64,000 nucleotides of DNA. Source: a virus. Its lineage: Duplodnaviria > Heunggongvirae > Uroviricota > Caudoviricetes. Positions 44,942-54,977 of the stretch are shown here, in pieces (the first letter of the stretch is position 1; the number at the start of each line of letters is the position of its first letter). Below the pieces are notes generated by a model that was not told the DNA's origin, made no database searches, and was given only the letters and a program-made list of their open reading frames with translations. The translations under genes were made by a program, and so were the position numbers. Where the stretch lies: positions 142,551-206,550 of the IMG/VR virus record IMGVR_UViG_3300022562_001204; one strand, 5' to 3'.

Positions 44942-45260
44942 TAATTAATTCTTTTTTATACACATGTACTGATATAGAGATATTACTCTTTTGTAATAAG
45001 CAAATTTTAAAGGGGCTCCGCCCCTATGGTGGGGGAGGGCGGGCGACCATCGTCAGATGGGGAGCCAGGTTCCGTAGCGTCCGTGAGGGTGGGGGCTCTT
45101 CGTCTTCGACTCAGATCCTTCCTTCGGGGCCGGGGAGCTCGAGGGGATGCCTTCTATCAGTGCAGCGTTCACAACATACGCATACATGTAAAAAAATACA
45201 TGGACAGAGAAACCCCGCGTAGACGGGCAATCAGGTGACTTCTACCAGACAGGTACGCCC
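44941..45260. other. Long intergenic element: AT-rich tract plus a G-rich structured core
   Basis: No credible ORF; see the finding for this interval. Confidence 0.5.
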
Positions 45261-45806
45261 ATGTCCGTCTTCCTTATTCGTAAAGAGAAACCAACCAAGA
45301 CTCCTCCGAAGGAGGAGGGAACGGAGAACGAGAAACTTCAGCAAGGCGCGGCGGGCGACGACGGCGAGACGCCGGAGACGGCGACCGATGACGAGCTGGC
45401 CACCCTGGCCAAGGATCCCGAGCTGAACAACTCCGTCATCCTCGATGGTCCGCTGAGTCGGTACTACACAGCAGCCCTCAACAAGGCCTACGCCAATGAG
45501 GACCTGTTCATGATGATGCCGATGACCACGACGGACCTCACGAAGCAACCGGAACCTGAAGACCAGACGGATTACTTCTTCGTCACCTCTCCGGAGGAGA
45601 TCCAGGAGAACTACCTGGATACCTTCACCCAGCTGAACACCGCGTTAGAACACTGCCGGAGCGTGACCCTCTGTGTGGAGAATGCCAGGCATGGTACGCC
45701 CAGGGCTTTTGAAATGATGGACTACGTTCGTCGGCGGGGTGGTAAGGTGGTCTACACGCAGGATGGGGCCCTGGAGGCTCTGAAGCTCTCCTTCGAGAGT
45801 CTCTGA
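45261..45806 (+). CDS. Hypothetical protein, possibly virion-associated
   Basis: First gene of the + strand operon leading to the terminase. Confidence 0.7.
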   Translation: MSVFLIRKEKPTKTPPKEEGTENEKLQQGAAGDDGETPETATDDELATLAKDPELNNSVILDGPLSRYYTAALNKAYANEDLFMMMPMTTTDLTKQPEPEDQTDYFFVTSPEEIQENYLDTFTQLNTALEHCRSVTLCVENARHGTPRAFEMMDYVRRRGGKVVYTQDGALEALKLSFESL

Positions 45807-45807
45807 G

Positions 45808-47091
45808 ATGGCTTCGGTCTCTGAGGTCCTCGCCAGTATCGAGGGCCAGCGTAGCCTGGCCCTCGAGGCATTCTCCAACAAGACCATCCGGGAGGTCATG
45901 GCGGATCACTTCAAGGACGTCGTCTTTGACGAAGCCCTGGAGAAGCGGATCTACCAGTTCCAGATCGGGTATGTCAACATCTCTCGGGATTACATCGAGT
46001 TCTTTGGCTCGAACCTCCTGGGGGTTCACGTCATCCGCTTCCGTGAAGCGGATGTCCTCAGGTTCTTCGACGATGTCCTGGATGTCGACTATGACAGCCT
46101 GAAGGCAGACATCCGGATGACCAAGACGATCGACCACAACTGGAAGATCGCTGGGGACATCTTCAACCTGACCTTGGTGTACGTCATACATAAAGCCCTG
46201 ACGACCCCCAAGAACAAGGAGACCCGGGAGCGGATGGCCTATAACACCGCCCTGGTCTTCTTTTACCGGTGTATCGCTGCGATCCTCAGCGACTGGATCA
46301 AGTACCCGACAGACCCGAAGATCGCCCAGGCTGCCTACGCCAACCTCAGCAACAAGTTCCTGATCAAGCGTCTGGAGTCCTGGCACCAGGTCATGGACTA
46401 CCGTGCTAAGGAGCTCTCCGGTAAGGAGGGGTTGCATCGGAAACGTCTGGAGCAGCTGGGATCGGACGACGATATGGTCCGAGTCATCAATGACTCAGCC
46501 AACCGTATCCGGGACATGCTCCTGAACTACTACGCGGTCTTCAAGAAGGCCCACGACCAGGGTGACCGGCTCGGGGTGACCTCCTCGACCATCAAGGACG
46601 CCGACGGCCAGGAGGTCCTTAAGGACACCACCCGGCATGTGGACGGGGCGATCACCCTAATTAAGGAGTACCTCAGTGACAGCACAGCGCTGTCCAAGGA
46701 CAGCCTGATCCGGGTGGTCATCAACCTGAACTCCAATACCAGCTACCGAATGCTCCGGGATACGCTGACATGGATGTCTGCGAACTACCAGGGCAAGGAC
46801 TTCAAGCTGATTGACGAATTTGTAACATCGTCCATCGTGTACTCCTACCACCTTATCGACTCGAAACTCGAACCCAACCGCGTGAAGGATCTCGGGTATG
46901 TCCTCCAGCAGCTCAAGAACTTCTACTTGAGTACCCGGAGTACAGACCCAGATCTAATGAAGATCCGAGGCTTAGCAGAACAGATTCTCAAGAAGGCGCA
47001 CGGGAACATCTCGACGCCCCTGATGCTTGCCACCAGAACTGCCACGATCTTGTACATCACGTTCCGCGTTCTCGTCGGTAAACGAGCTTAA
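45808..47091 (+). CDS. Conserved phiKZ-like protein, probably a head protein
   Basis: 427 aa; N-terminal ALE candidate protease site. Confidence 0.6.
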   Translation: MASVSEVLASIEGQRSLALEAFSNKTIREVMADHFKDVVFDEALEKRIYQFQIGYVNISRDYIEFFGSNLLGVHVIRFREADVLRFFDDVLDVDYDSLKADIRMTKTIDHNWKIAGDIFNLTLVYVIHKALTTPKNKETRERMAYNTALVFFYRCIAAILSDWIKYPTDPKIAQAAYANLSNKFLIKRLESWHQVMDYRAKELSGKEGLHRKRLEQLGSDDDMVRVINDSANRIRDMLLNYYAVFKKAHDQGDRLGVTSSTIKDADGQEVLKDTTRHVDGAITLIKEYLSDSTALSKDSLIRVVINLNSNTSYRMLRDTLTWMSANYQGKDFKLIDEFVTSSIVYSYHLIDSKLEPNRVKDLGYVLQQLKNFYLSTRSTDPDLMKIRGLAEQILKKAHGNISTPLMLATRTATILYITFRVLVGKRA

Positions 47092-47105
47092 AGGGACTTT
47101 ATGCC

Positions 47106-47489
47106 ATGCTCATCAGGCTATTCTTTCGACTGTACCTCTTCATTTTCGGTATGACGTTCAGGGAGACGGAGATCCCTGCGACGGCTGTAGAGTTCCACAG
47201 TGTCCGCACTGGGGATAACCACGGAGGGCTAGTCTCCTTCACGTTCTTTCGGGACGTCCCACGACAACTCAAGTTTCATTGGGGTATCCTACGGACAATC
47301 TACATCCCGACCTACTACGTGAAGGCTTCGTTTGATGGGCGGCTGAGTGACATGGTCGTGCGGTATAACACCATCCGGATCGGCGTAGATGGTCGGTACT
47401 TCGCCAATATCTCCGATGATGTCGTGGCCAGGCTCCTGATGGAGCTATACCTGGACTACATGAACGCTCAAATTGTCAAGCTTATTTAA
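47106..47489 (+). CDS. Hypothetical protein upstream of the terminase
   Basis: Tiled ORF. Confidence 0.6.
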   Translation: MLIRLFFRLYLFIFGMTFRETEIPATAVEFHSVRTGDNHGGLVSFTFFRDVPRQLKFHWGILRTIYIPTYYVKASFDGRLSDMVVRYNTIRIGVDGRYFANISDDVVARLLMELYLDYMNAQIVKLI

Positions 47490-47495
47490 CGCAAC

Positions 47496-47531
47496 ATACC
47501 CGAGAGCCTCCCATACGGGGCTCTCGGGTAT
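47496..47531. terminator. Hairpin upstream of the terminase gene
   Basis: ATACCCGAGAGCC...GGCTCTCGGGTAT. Confidence 0.6.
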
Positions 47532-47543
47532 CAAGGACTGACT

Positions 47544-49685
47544 ATGATCTTATTTCAGAAAGATTGGGACGAATACCCAACAGCTATCGTCGACGACACC
47601 TGCGTAAACCGGACTTTCCTGGACTACGCCCTGCTGTTGAAGGAAATGGGTGTCAAGAACTACCTATGGCCTCTGGCATTGTTCCAGCCTGAACTGAAGG
47701 GCGTGGACCCCTTTGACCCGAATCTGTCGAAAGAACAGGTCATGATGCTCGTTGCGGAATTCAAGGCAAATCCTTTTGCTTATTTCCGCATGTGTGCTAG
47801 AATCCCCGGTAGTACCAGGAACAACCCCCTGTACTTTCGGGCTGATCGCGCGAACATGTCCACGTACTGGCTGTATTTCAATCACATCACCAACTCCAAG
47901 GTTCAGCCTCGACAGACGGGTAAGACCCACGGGGTTGCTCAGCTGGACGTTTATCTGACCAATGTGAAGTCCAGGGACGGAAGAACCCTCCTTTTGACCA
48001 AGGACGATGGCCTGCGTGCCAAGACCCTGAAAGAACTGGAATCCGTCATGGAGACCATGCCGTTCTACTTGAGGCAACACACCAAGAAGGACGTGATGAA
48101 CCGCGAGGAATTCAAGGTCTCCAGCCTGGATAACGAGTACAAGGGCCTGGTGGCCCGTAGTTCGGCAGCGGACGCAGACAAGGTAGGTCGTGGTCATACC
48201 GTCGAAAACCCCAGGTTCGATGAGTTCGCCTATCTGGTCAACATCGACATCTCCATGTCCGTCGTGATGGCCGCCACCACCGCAGCACGTGCCCGTGCCG
48301 AGGCTATGGGGAACCCTTATGGGGACATCTTCATGACGACGGCTGGGAAGAAGGATGAGCGGGAAGGGGAATACGCTTACAACTACATCCACGACTCCGC
48401 CCCCTGGTCGGAGTTCTTTATGGATGCTCGAGATGAAACCGATCTTAGGAACCTCATTCGAACGGCCTCTCGGGATGGCAAGACCCTCCGTGTGAACTCC
48501 ACTTTCAGTCACCGGCAGTTGGGTTACACGGACGAGTGGTTGGAAGAGGTTACCAGGAACGCGAACTCCACGGGCGCCGCTAAGGATCGCGACTACCTGA
48601 ACATCTGGACATCGGGTACGACCCTCTCCCCACTCTCAGTGGAGACAGCCCAGCGTATCCGAGGATCCCAGTCCGAGGTGAGGTTTGGAGAGATCTCCAA
48701 GCACGGGAGCATCTTCTTCCGGTGGTACATACCCGAAGACCAGATCGACCAGTATATCAGTAAGACCTACGTGGTCCTCTCCGGGGATACCAGCGATGCC
48801 GTGGGTCGAGACGATATCGGTCTCGTCATCACTGACCTCCGGGATGGCGCGGTCTTGGGTGCGGCTACGATCAATGAGATCAACCTCTTTACCGGCTCGC
48901 ACTATCTGGTCGACATGCTGATCCGTTTCCCGACCATGACGATGATCCTGGAACGCCGCAGTAGCGGCTCCTCGATCTACGACTTTGTCCATAGGCTCCT
49001 GATCTCGAAGAATCAGAACCCCTTTGTTCGACTGTTCAACTTCTGTGTTCAGGACTACGACCAGTACCCAGAACGGTACAAGCTGATCAGCGATGAGCGG
49101 AATGCTCGGAACGAACAGTTCTTGGCCAAGAACAAGAAGACCTTCGGCTTCTCGACCAGTGGGGGTGGCGTCACTTCCCGCGATGACCTCTATGGGACCA
49201 CCCTTAACAGTGCGGGTCGGTATACGGGACATCTGGTCAGGGATAAGCCTTTGATCGACCAGATTCTGTCTCTGGTCGTCCGTAATGGGCGTATCGACCA
49301 TCAGACTGGTGGGCATGACGACCTCTGTATCGCCTGGCTGCTGGGCCATTGGTTCATGACCATGGGTCGTAACCTTCAGCACTATGGCATCCCCTCTGGG
49401 TACGTGCTCTCCACAAACCAGGTCGTCCATAGCCGTGAGAACAAGGAACTCCAGGAGAAAGCGAACCATCAGAAGAAGGTTCGTGACTGGTTGGACCAGG
49501 CGTTCGAGATCGCTGAGGAAGAACATGACCGCTTTGTCCTGGAGAAGATGTATGCTGAGATCACCCGGGTGGTCAAGATGCTGGAGGATGACTCGTCGTA
49601 TAGCGCCTCCATCGACGAGCTCATCAATAAGCTCAAGACCAAGAGTCGCGTCATGATGGGTTACAAGCAGTCGATCTTCCGGTAA
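47544..49685 (+). CDS. terL: Terminase large subunit (phiKZ gp25-like)
   Basis: Walker A QPRQTGKT, Walker B FDEFAY, coupling motif MTTAG, nuclease SGDTS...HDDLCIAWLL; synteny. Confidence 0.93.
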   Translation: MILFQKDWDEYPTAIVDDTCVNRTFLDYALLLKEMGVKNYLWPLALFQPELKGVDPFDPNLSKEQVMMLVAEFKANPFAYFRMCARIPGSTRNNPLYFRADRANMSTYWLYFNHITNSKVQPRQTGKTHGVAQLDVYLTNVKSRDGRTLLLTKDDGLRAKTLKELESVMETMPFYLRQHTKKDVMNREEFKVSSLDNEYKGLVARSSAADADKVGRGHTVENPRFDEFAYLVNIDISMSVVMAATTAARARAEAMGNPYGDIFMTTAGKKDEREGEYAYNYIHDSAPWSEFFMDARDETDLRNLIRTASRDGKTLRVNSTFSHRQLGYTDEWLEEVTRNANSTGAAKDRDYLNIWTSGTTLSPLSVETAQRIRGSQSEVRFGEISKHGSIFFRWYIPEDQIDQYISKTYVVLSGDTSDAVGRDDIGLVITDLRDGAVLGAATINEINLFTGSHYLVDMLIRFPTMTMILERRSSGSSIYDFVHRLLISKNQNPFVRLFNFCVQDYDQYPERYKLISDERNARNEQFLAKNKKTFGFSTSGGGVTSRDDLYGTTLNSAGRYTGHLVRDKPLIDQILSLVVRNGRIDHQTGGHDDLCIAWLLGHWFMTMGRNLQHYGIPSGYVLSTNQVVHSRENKELQEKANHQKKVRDWLDQAFEIAEEEHDRFVLEKMYAEITRVVKMLEDDSSYSASIDELINKLKTKSRVMMGYKQSIFR

Positions 49686-49703
49686 AGAAAAAAGAAAAGA
49701 CAC

Positions 49704-49746
49704 CTCCCTACGCCCCGGATAGACCAGGGCGTAGGGAGTATGTTCA
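49704..49746. terminator. Hairpin between convergent genes
   Basis: CTCCCTACGCCC...GGGCGTAGGGAG-TATGTTCA; A-rich tract on the left. Confidence 0.7.
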
Positions 49747-50550
49747 CATGCCGTGTGCGACAGAGACGTTGTGGTTGCTGGTGAAACCGACTGGGAAGGG
49801 CGTGTTGGTCTGGTAAGTGACCACCGTTCCACGGACCTGGGGCACGGCCCAGTACTGCCCGGCCACAGTCAGCAGTCGTTTGACGGCGTACCAGAGGACG
49901 TCGTCACAACTGACTGTGTAGACTGCCACCGATCCGCGGGTATCGCTGGACAGCATGCGACGGCTGCTGGCCCGGACGAACCGGTTCTTGGCGGCACTGA
50001 CGGCTGACTGATACGCTTTGATCCGTTCGGACTCCGTCAGGGTTTGGGTTTCCCGCTCGTTGAACAGGTAGTCGTAGGCCTGCTCGATGTAGTACCACGC
50101 CACCGAAAGACCATCGACCGCCAAATCCTGACCACAGAAGTTCTTGATCAGGTACCCGACATGCAGCCAGCCCGCCAGTTCCTTCTTCATCTCCTCGGAG
50201 ATCTCTTCAAGAGCCTCCTGGAGCCAGAGAGCAACTTTCTCGGTGATGCCGAGGTCGTTGTAGGTGAACTTCAGAAAGTCCGGGATCTCCGGGGCACAGT
50301 AGACCACATTGGGTTTGTTGGAAACCAACCCGTCTTGCCGCAGGAAGACCAGGCTGTGTCGGGCCTTGGCTCCTCGTGGCAGTTCCTTCTTTGGATCGCA
50401 GCCCAGCCACATGACGGTTTCGTACTTCTCCAGCTTGGAGAAGTCCACTTTGTCCAGGGTCACGTAGTCCCACCCTGTTTTCTTCGCCATGACCGCTGCA
50501 CCGACCAGGGCGTCTTCCGACGTCTTGTTGAAGATGATCAGATTGTTCAT
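49744..50550 (-). CDS. Hypothetical protein, possible degenerate DHH-like N-terminus
   Basis: IIFNKTSEDALVGAAV resembles a DHH motif I; no DHH triad seen. Confidence 0.5.
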   Translation of the reverse strand: MNNLIIFNKTSEDALVGAAVMAKKTGWDYVTLDKVDFSKLEKYETVMWLGCDPKKELPRGAKARHSLVFLRQDGLVSNKPNVVYCAPEIPDFLKFTYNDLGITEKVALWLQEALEEISEEMKKELAGWLHVGYLIKNFCGQDLAVDGLSVAWYYIEQAYDYLFNERETQTLTESERIKAYQSAVSAAKNRFVRASSRRMLSSDTRGSVAVYTVSCDDVLWYAVKRLLTVAGQYWAVPQVRGTVVTYQTNTPFPVGFTSNHNVSVAHGM

Positions 50551-50586
50551 GCTGATACTCCTTTATAATGAATGAGATTGGGATCT

Positions 50587-50626
50587 CTCACAGGGAGTGT
50601 ATCTAACCGAAATGCGACAGAAAGGG
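50587..50626 (-). promoter_or_regulatory. Degenerate copy of the bipartite motif
   Basis: CCCTTTCTGTC...ATACACTCCCTGTGAG upstream of 50550. Confidence 0.45.
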
Positions 50627-50659
50627 TAGAGTCTCTGGGATTACCCCAGAGACTCTACC
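50625..50659. terminator. Intergenic hairpin
   Basis: GGTAGAGTCTCTGGG-attac-CCCAGAGACTCTACC. Confidence 0.7.
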
Positions 50660-50663
50660 TCAC

Positions 50664-52352
50664 TTACGCGGTGTATGGCAGGATGATCTGTCCGGAAACA
50701 GACAGGAGTAGATCGCTACTGCCGGTGATGCGCTTGATGAACAGCAAGTACAGATTGGTGTAGGTGGTCACCGTGGTAGGAATCACCACACCCGCATCCT
50801 TCCAATCATTCCAGTCCTCCATGGCCACCTCAGTGGTGGTGCCATCGTAGATGACCTGAACGTGGGTCGGATCAGGAGCGGCACCTTCCAAACGAGCGTC
50901 GTACAGCGGCCAGTTGGATTGGTAGGTACGGGTCAACCAGTTGGCATTACCCGCAGTTCCCACAGCGATATCGACTGTATTGGTGTCGATCAGGTTGGCT
51001 ACCGCGTACTTGGTGTAGTACGGCAGCGTATCTGGACCCTGTTGGGAGACACCCCACGGTACGGCTGTGGTCGTGGCATCTCCGTACAGGATAATGTCCA
51101 TGACCTGCGAGTGCGTGTAGTCATTGAACGAGGCTGAGACCGTCTGAAGGTCGATGGAGACCGTACGACGCTGGATGCTGCCATAGTTCAGCGGGTCATA
51201 GGCGTCTTCATCGGCATCCCAGGTAATCAGACTACTGACATCCTGAAAGATGTTTCTGCTCAGATTGAGGAGATAGAACTTCAGGGTGTTATACCCCACA
51301 CTCGACCCACCCCAGACTGGGTAGACGTAGAGCTTGACCGCGTAGCTGTTGTTGGTAGCTGTGGTCTTCAGGGTATAGGCCGCCCCGATGGTTTTGTTCG
51401 GAGAACCATTGATAGCGTAGCTCCGCTCATCCGTATCCAGCCGGTAGATCAGGGAGAGCGGAATACTCTCCCCCGTGACCGTGGTCGGGCGAGCATCCGC
51501 ACCATACAGGCTGAAGTGGGTACCGTCTACCGGATAAGTGGTGGACGTACCGTCGGAGTAGTTGACTACACCCTGGAAGTTCAGGGCACTGATGGGTACC
51601 CCCATCGGCATGTCGATGACCGTGTCATCGGTCGCCGAAATGAACGGGCTGTCCAGTTGGATGGAAGTGATGTACCGTTCACCGAAACTCAGTGGTCGGA
51701 CGAAGGTGGTTTCTACCACGACCAATTGCTGCATCATGGTGACCACGCCGGCCTGGGTGTAGAACACTGCAGTAACCACTTCCCCGTCATCAATATCATC
51801 CACAACCGAGAAGGTCGGCATGGATTTCATGTTGTACAGGGTATCCCCGGTCGTTGGGTTGGTCCCTGAGACCACCTCCAGGGTAATATTCTCAGAGGTG
51901 ACGACCCCTGAGTTATTGATGACCCGGCTGACCACGGTACCGGAATCACTGGTATCTGACCCCAGAAAGACCTTCCCGTACTTGCTTTCACTACCGGGTA
52001 CCATGATGCGATTGTCGATCGACATGGTGTACGGACTGGTGGTCTTGTCGTAGTAAGCCCTCAGGGACCCGATATATGGGTAGATGACCTCGTTGACATC
52101 ATCCACAGACTGATCGGCAGCTGCGGGGGTGATCAGGCGAAGCGTGGGGATGTACGTGACGGGATCGACGTGATCCACGATCCAGGTCTGGTAGGTTGTG
52201 GGATCTCGGACATAGTCCAGCGCCTTTGCGATATACTTGTTAGCACCCGTGGTCCCCGTCCAGATCTCGAAGAGCGCCCAGGTCTTCCAGGGATCATCCG
52301 GAAGGTAGGTCGGAATGACGCCGTCACTCCCCGCTATTGGTCCATCTGCCAT
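50664..52352 (-). CDS. Virion structural protein, baseplate (phiKZ gp26-like position)
   Basis: Size, composition and position between terminase and sheath. Confidence 0.75.
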   Translation of the reverse strand: MADGPIAGSDGVIPTYLPDDPWKTWALFEIWTGTTGANKYIAKALDYVRDPTTYQTWIVDHVDPVTYIPTLRLITPAAADQSVDDVNEVIYPYIGSLRAYYDKTTSPYTMSIDNRIMVPGSESKYGKVFLGSDTSDSGTVVSRVINNSGVVTSENITLEVVSGTNPTTGDTLYNMKSMPTFSVVDDIDDGEVVTAVFYTQAGVVTMMQQLVVVETTFVRPLSFGERYITSIQLDSPFISATDDTVIDMPMGVPISALNFQGVVNYSDGTSTTYPVDGTHFSLYGADARPTTVTGESIPLSLIYRLDTDERSYAINGSPNKTIGAAYTLKTTATNNSYAVKLYVYPVWGGSSVGYNTLKFYLLNLSRNIFQDVSSLITWDADEDAYDPLNYGSIQRRTVSIDLQTVSASFNDYTHSQVMDIILYGDATTTAVPWGVSQQGPDTLPYYTKYAVANLIDTNTVDIAVGTAGNANWLTRTYQSNWPLYDARLEGAAPDPTHVQVIYDGTTTEVAMEDWNDWKDAGVVIPTTVTTYTNLYLLFIKRITGSSDLLLSVSGQIILPYTA

Positions 52353-52361
52353 TTCTTATCC

Positions 52362-54965
52362 TCAGGTCGAGACATAGCCATCCAGGTCGATATACCCTTT
52401 ACCATAAAGTTCAACAACTCGGGTAACGAAGTAGTATTCGACACTGCTTAAGGTGATCACGGTATCCAACTGGGTCGGTAGGACCTTCACCTGGGTCAGG
52501 TCGATACCATTCTCCTCATTCAGAGGATCGAACTCCCAGATCTCCGTGTAGGGCGTCAGTGCAGCGATCACCTCGGCATCCGTCATGGGGTTCTTCAACT
52601 CGCTCTCTGTAAAGAGGTCGTTGAGGAGGTCGTTGATGATGTGGCAAAAGTACGGACTGACCAGCTCGTAGGGGCTGGGGACATTCCAGTCTCCTAGGGA
52701 CGTGGTGTTGTTGTAGGTCGTCAGGTAGCTTTCGACCGACCTATCTACCACGCGTGCCGCCGTGCGCAGGATGTTCAGGTCCTGGGTGGTATACCCAGAC
52801 GGAGTCACCAGAATCTCAGCCACCTGGTAGGGTAGACCGTTGTTTGTATTGTCGGCATCCGCCTCCAAGGTGGTGTTCTCCTCCTGGAAGATCATGTTCT
52901 CCTTTAATTTAAGGAATCCACCCTGGATCACCCGCTGGATCTTGTCGTCACGGATGTTGAAGCCGTTTCCGTAGGACAGACAGTTGTGAGCGGTGTAACC
53001 GATGTCGTCCCCACTGTCAAAGGTGGTCAGATCTTCTGCGAAGCCAGTCATACGGACATGGATCCACTGTGCCGTCGTATCCGCAGGCTGGGCCAGGTGA
53101 GCCTTCGGGATCAGGTAGATCATCGGGAACCGGATGATGTAGTCGATGTTCCGGACCAGAGATCTGCCGTTCAGGAAGATGTCGATACGGGCTGAGGGGA
53201 ACCGCATGAGGTAGTTCTCAAGCCCGTCCCCACGGTCGACGTTCTCCGCTAGGGAGAAGTACACCGTTCCGGATACTGGCGTGACCTCGATGTCCTGGAT
53301 CACAAAGGTCTGGTCGCTGCGGACCATCAGGTACTGATCAGTGTCCGTACCCGCCCACACCACGACCTCGTTGTCGGTGTCGTAAGTGAAGTCCGTACTG
53401 GTCGTGATATCTGTCCAGACCTCGTCAGGCACGTCATCCACGATGTGACAGAGATAGATACGGTTGTTGTGATCCGGGTCGTACGGGACGTTGTCCGTAC
53501 CGAACTGCACCCAGGGGGTGTCCGTACCCGTACCACAGATGAACTCAGCGATGCGGGCGTCTTCGTTGTTCGGGGTGTAGTACTCCCCAGATGTATGGGC
53601 ATGGTATTCCAGCATGACGCCATCGGCGTCGTACTCGTAGACCACACAGCCCGTCTGAAGACCCGGTGGTACCGCCACCCGGTAGCCGTCACCCGTATCC
53701 TCCATCTCCGTGGGGTTCGCCCCCAGGACGGTGGAGATGGCATTGTAGCCATACCCCAGCTGAGTCAGGGCCAGGGTCAGGTTCTCCCGGTAGACCCCCA
53801 TCAGCTTCATGGGGTTCGATGCTTCCAGGGCAGCTGCCGACCAAGTCGGCATCACAGAACTGACACCCGTCATGACTGCATTACGCTTGGTCAGGTTTAT
53901 CTTGAACAGTTCGTGAGTACGGTTGGCATTATAATACTGAGTACGACGCCAGCCAGAGTTGCGGAGCTTCAACTCCAGCATCATGTTGGCCGTATCGCCT
54001 GCAATGGAGACCCACTCCGCCAGGGCATTCATGACGGACTGCACGTAGGTCGTGGGGACCGCGTAGTCTCGATACGTGATGTTTCGGTGGCTATCCGCAG
54101 CGTTTCTGTTGTAATAGCGTCCGACATAGACGCCCGTACGGATGGGGTAGAAGATATCGATGTCGATATCGTCCTCGAAGTAGACGTACTTGTCACTCGA
54201 CCCCTGGGAATACGCCAGGATGTATTTGTTCTTGCTGTCCAACGTGCTGGTGAAGCTAGCCAGGTTGGCAATACTGAACTGAACCGTCCTTTCCACGCTG
54301 CCGTCGTAGATATACTCCACGATGTCTCCCGCCGCCACGTCCAGCGTGGAGGGGGAGAGCATCCGGTTTCCATTGACATAGAGCCAGGCGTAGCCGCCAT
54401 TGTCGGAGACATGGGCGTTCATGGTTGCCAAGAAAGCAGTCAGGTCCGATGCAGCCGTGAGGGTCGTCCCCTCGCAGTACATGTAAGCCCCACCTGTGTT
54501 CTCGGCACTTCCAAAGTAGGCGTTTTTGTACAGACGGATGTAGAGGCTCTCGGTCCCATACGCGATATTGAACACACTGTTCATCGGTACGGCGAAAACC
54601 AAGGCCTTCTCATTGGTGTACATGTAGTAGCTGCGGTGAAGCGGGAGCATGCAGCCGTCCGAGTTGTAGATGTTCACCAGGACGTTGCTGTCGTTCAGCA
54701 TATCGCTGAACTTCACCCACTTCTCCATCTCCCACTCCCCGCGGTACGCGGTGAGGTTGATCAGAACTTCGTAGACCTGCCCGATCTGGTACAGATGGAA
54801 CAGGACTCCAGTTTCGGGGAGCGTCAGGCTTCTCCCCATGAATCGCATACGACCATACTCACCAGACGGTGGTGTCACCCGTTTAGCACTCAGGATAACT
54901 TGGTTATCCTGAGTGGGGTCGCACCAAACGTTCTGCATGGCATGGTCAACGAGATACTCGGCCAT
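52362..54965 (-). CDS. Virion structural protein, baseplate (phiKZ gp27-like)
   Basis: N-terminal HAMQNVWCDPTQDNQ; synteny; 867 aa. Confidence 0.8.
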   Translation of the reverse strand: MAEYLVDHAMQNVWCDPTQDNQVILSAKRVTPPSGEYGRMRFMGRSLTLPETGVLFHLYQIGQVYEVLINLTAYRGEWEMEKWVKFSDMLNDSNVLVNIYNSDGCMLPLHRSYYMYTNEKALVFAVPMNSVFNIAYGTESLYIRLYKNAYFGSAENTGGAYMYCEGTTLTAASDLTAFLATMNAHVSDNGGYAWLYVNGNRMLSPSTLDVAAGDIVEYIYDGSVERTVQFSIANLASFTSTLDSKNKYILAYSQGSSDKYVYFEDDIDIDIFYPIRTGVYVGRYYNRNAADSHRNITYRDYAVPTTYVQSVMNALAEWVSIAGDTANMMLELKLRNSGWRRTQYYNANRTHELFKINLTKRNAVMTGVSSVMPTWSAAALEASNPMKLMGVYRENLTLALTQLGYGYNAISTVLGANPTEMEDTGDGYRVAVPPGLQTGCVVYEYDADGVMLEYHAHTSGEYYTPNNEDARIAEFICGTGTDTPWVQFGTDNVPYDPDHNNRIYLCHIVDDVPDEVWTDITTSTDFTYDTDNEVVVWAGTDTDQYLMVRSDQTFVIQDIEVTPVSGTVYFSLAENVDRGDGLENYLMRFPSARIDIFLNGRSLVRNIDYIIRFPMIYLIPKAHLAQPADTTAQWIHVRMTGFAEDLTTFDSGDDIGYTAHNCLSYGNGFNIRDDKIQRVIQGGFLKLKENMIFQEENTTLEADADNTNNGLPYQVAEILVTPSGYTTQDLNILRTAARVVDRSVESYLTTYNNTTSLGDWNVPSPYELVSPYFCHIINDLLNDLFTESELKNPMTDAEVIAALTPYTEIWEFDPLNEENGIDLTQVKVLPTQLDTVITLSSVEYYFVTRVVELYGKGYIDLDGYVST

Positions 54966-54977
54966 TCCAGGTTCCTA

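Noticed and set aside
45625-49832. Long minus-strand ORFs (45625..46437, 47664..48512, 48636..49832)
   Set aside because: Shadows of the 427-aa gene and the terminase.
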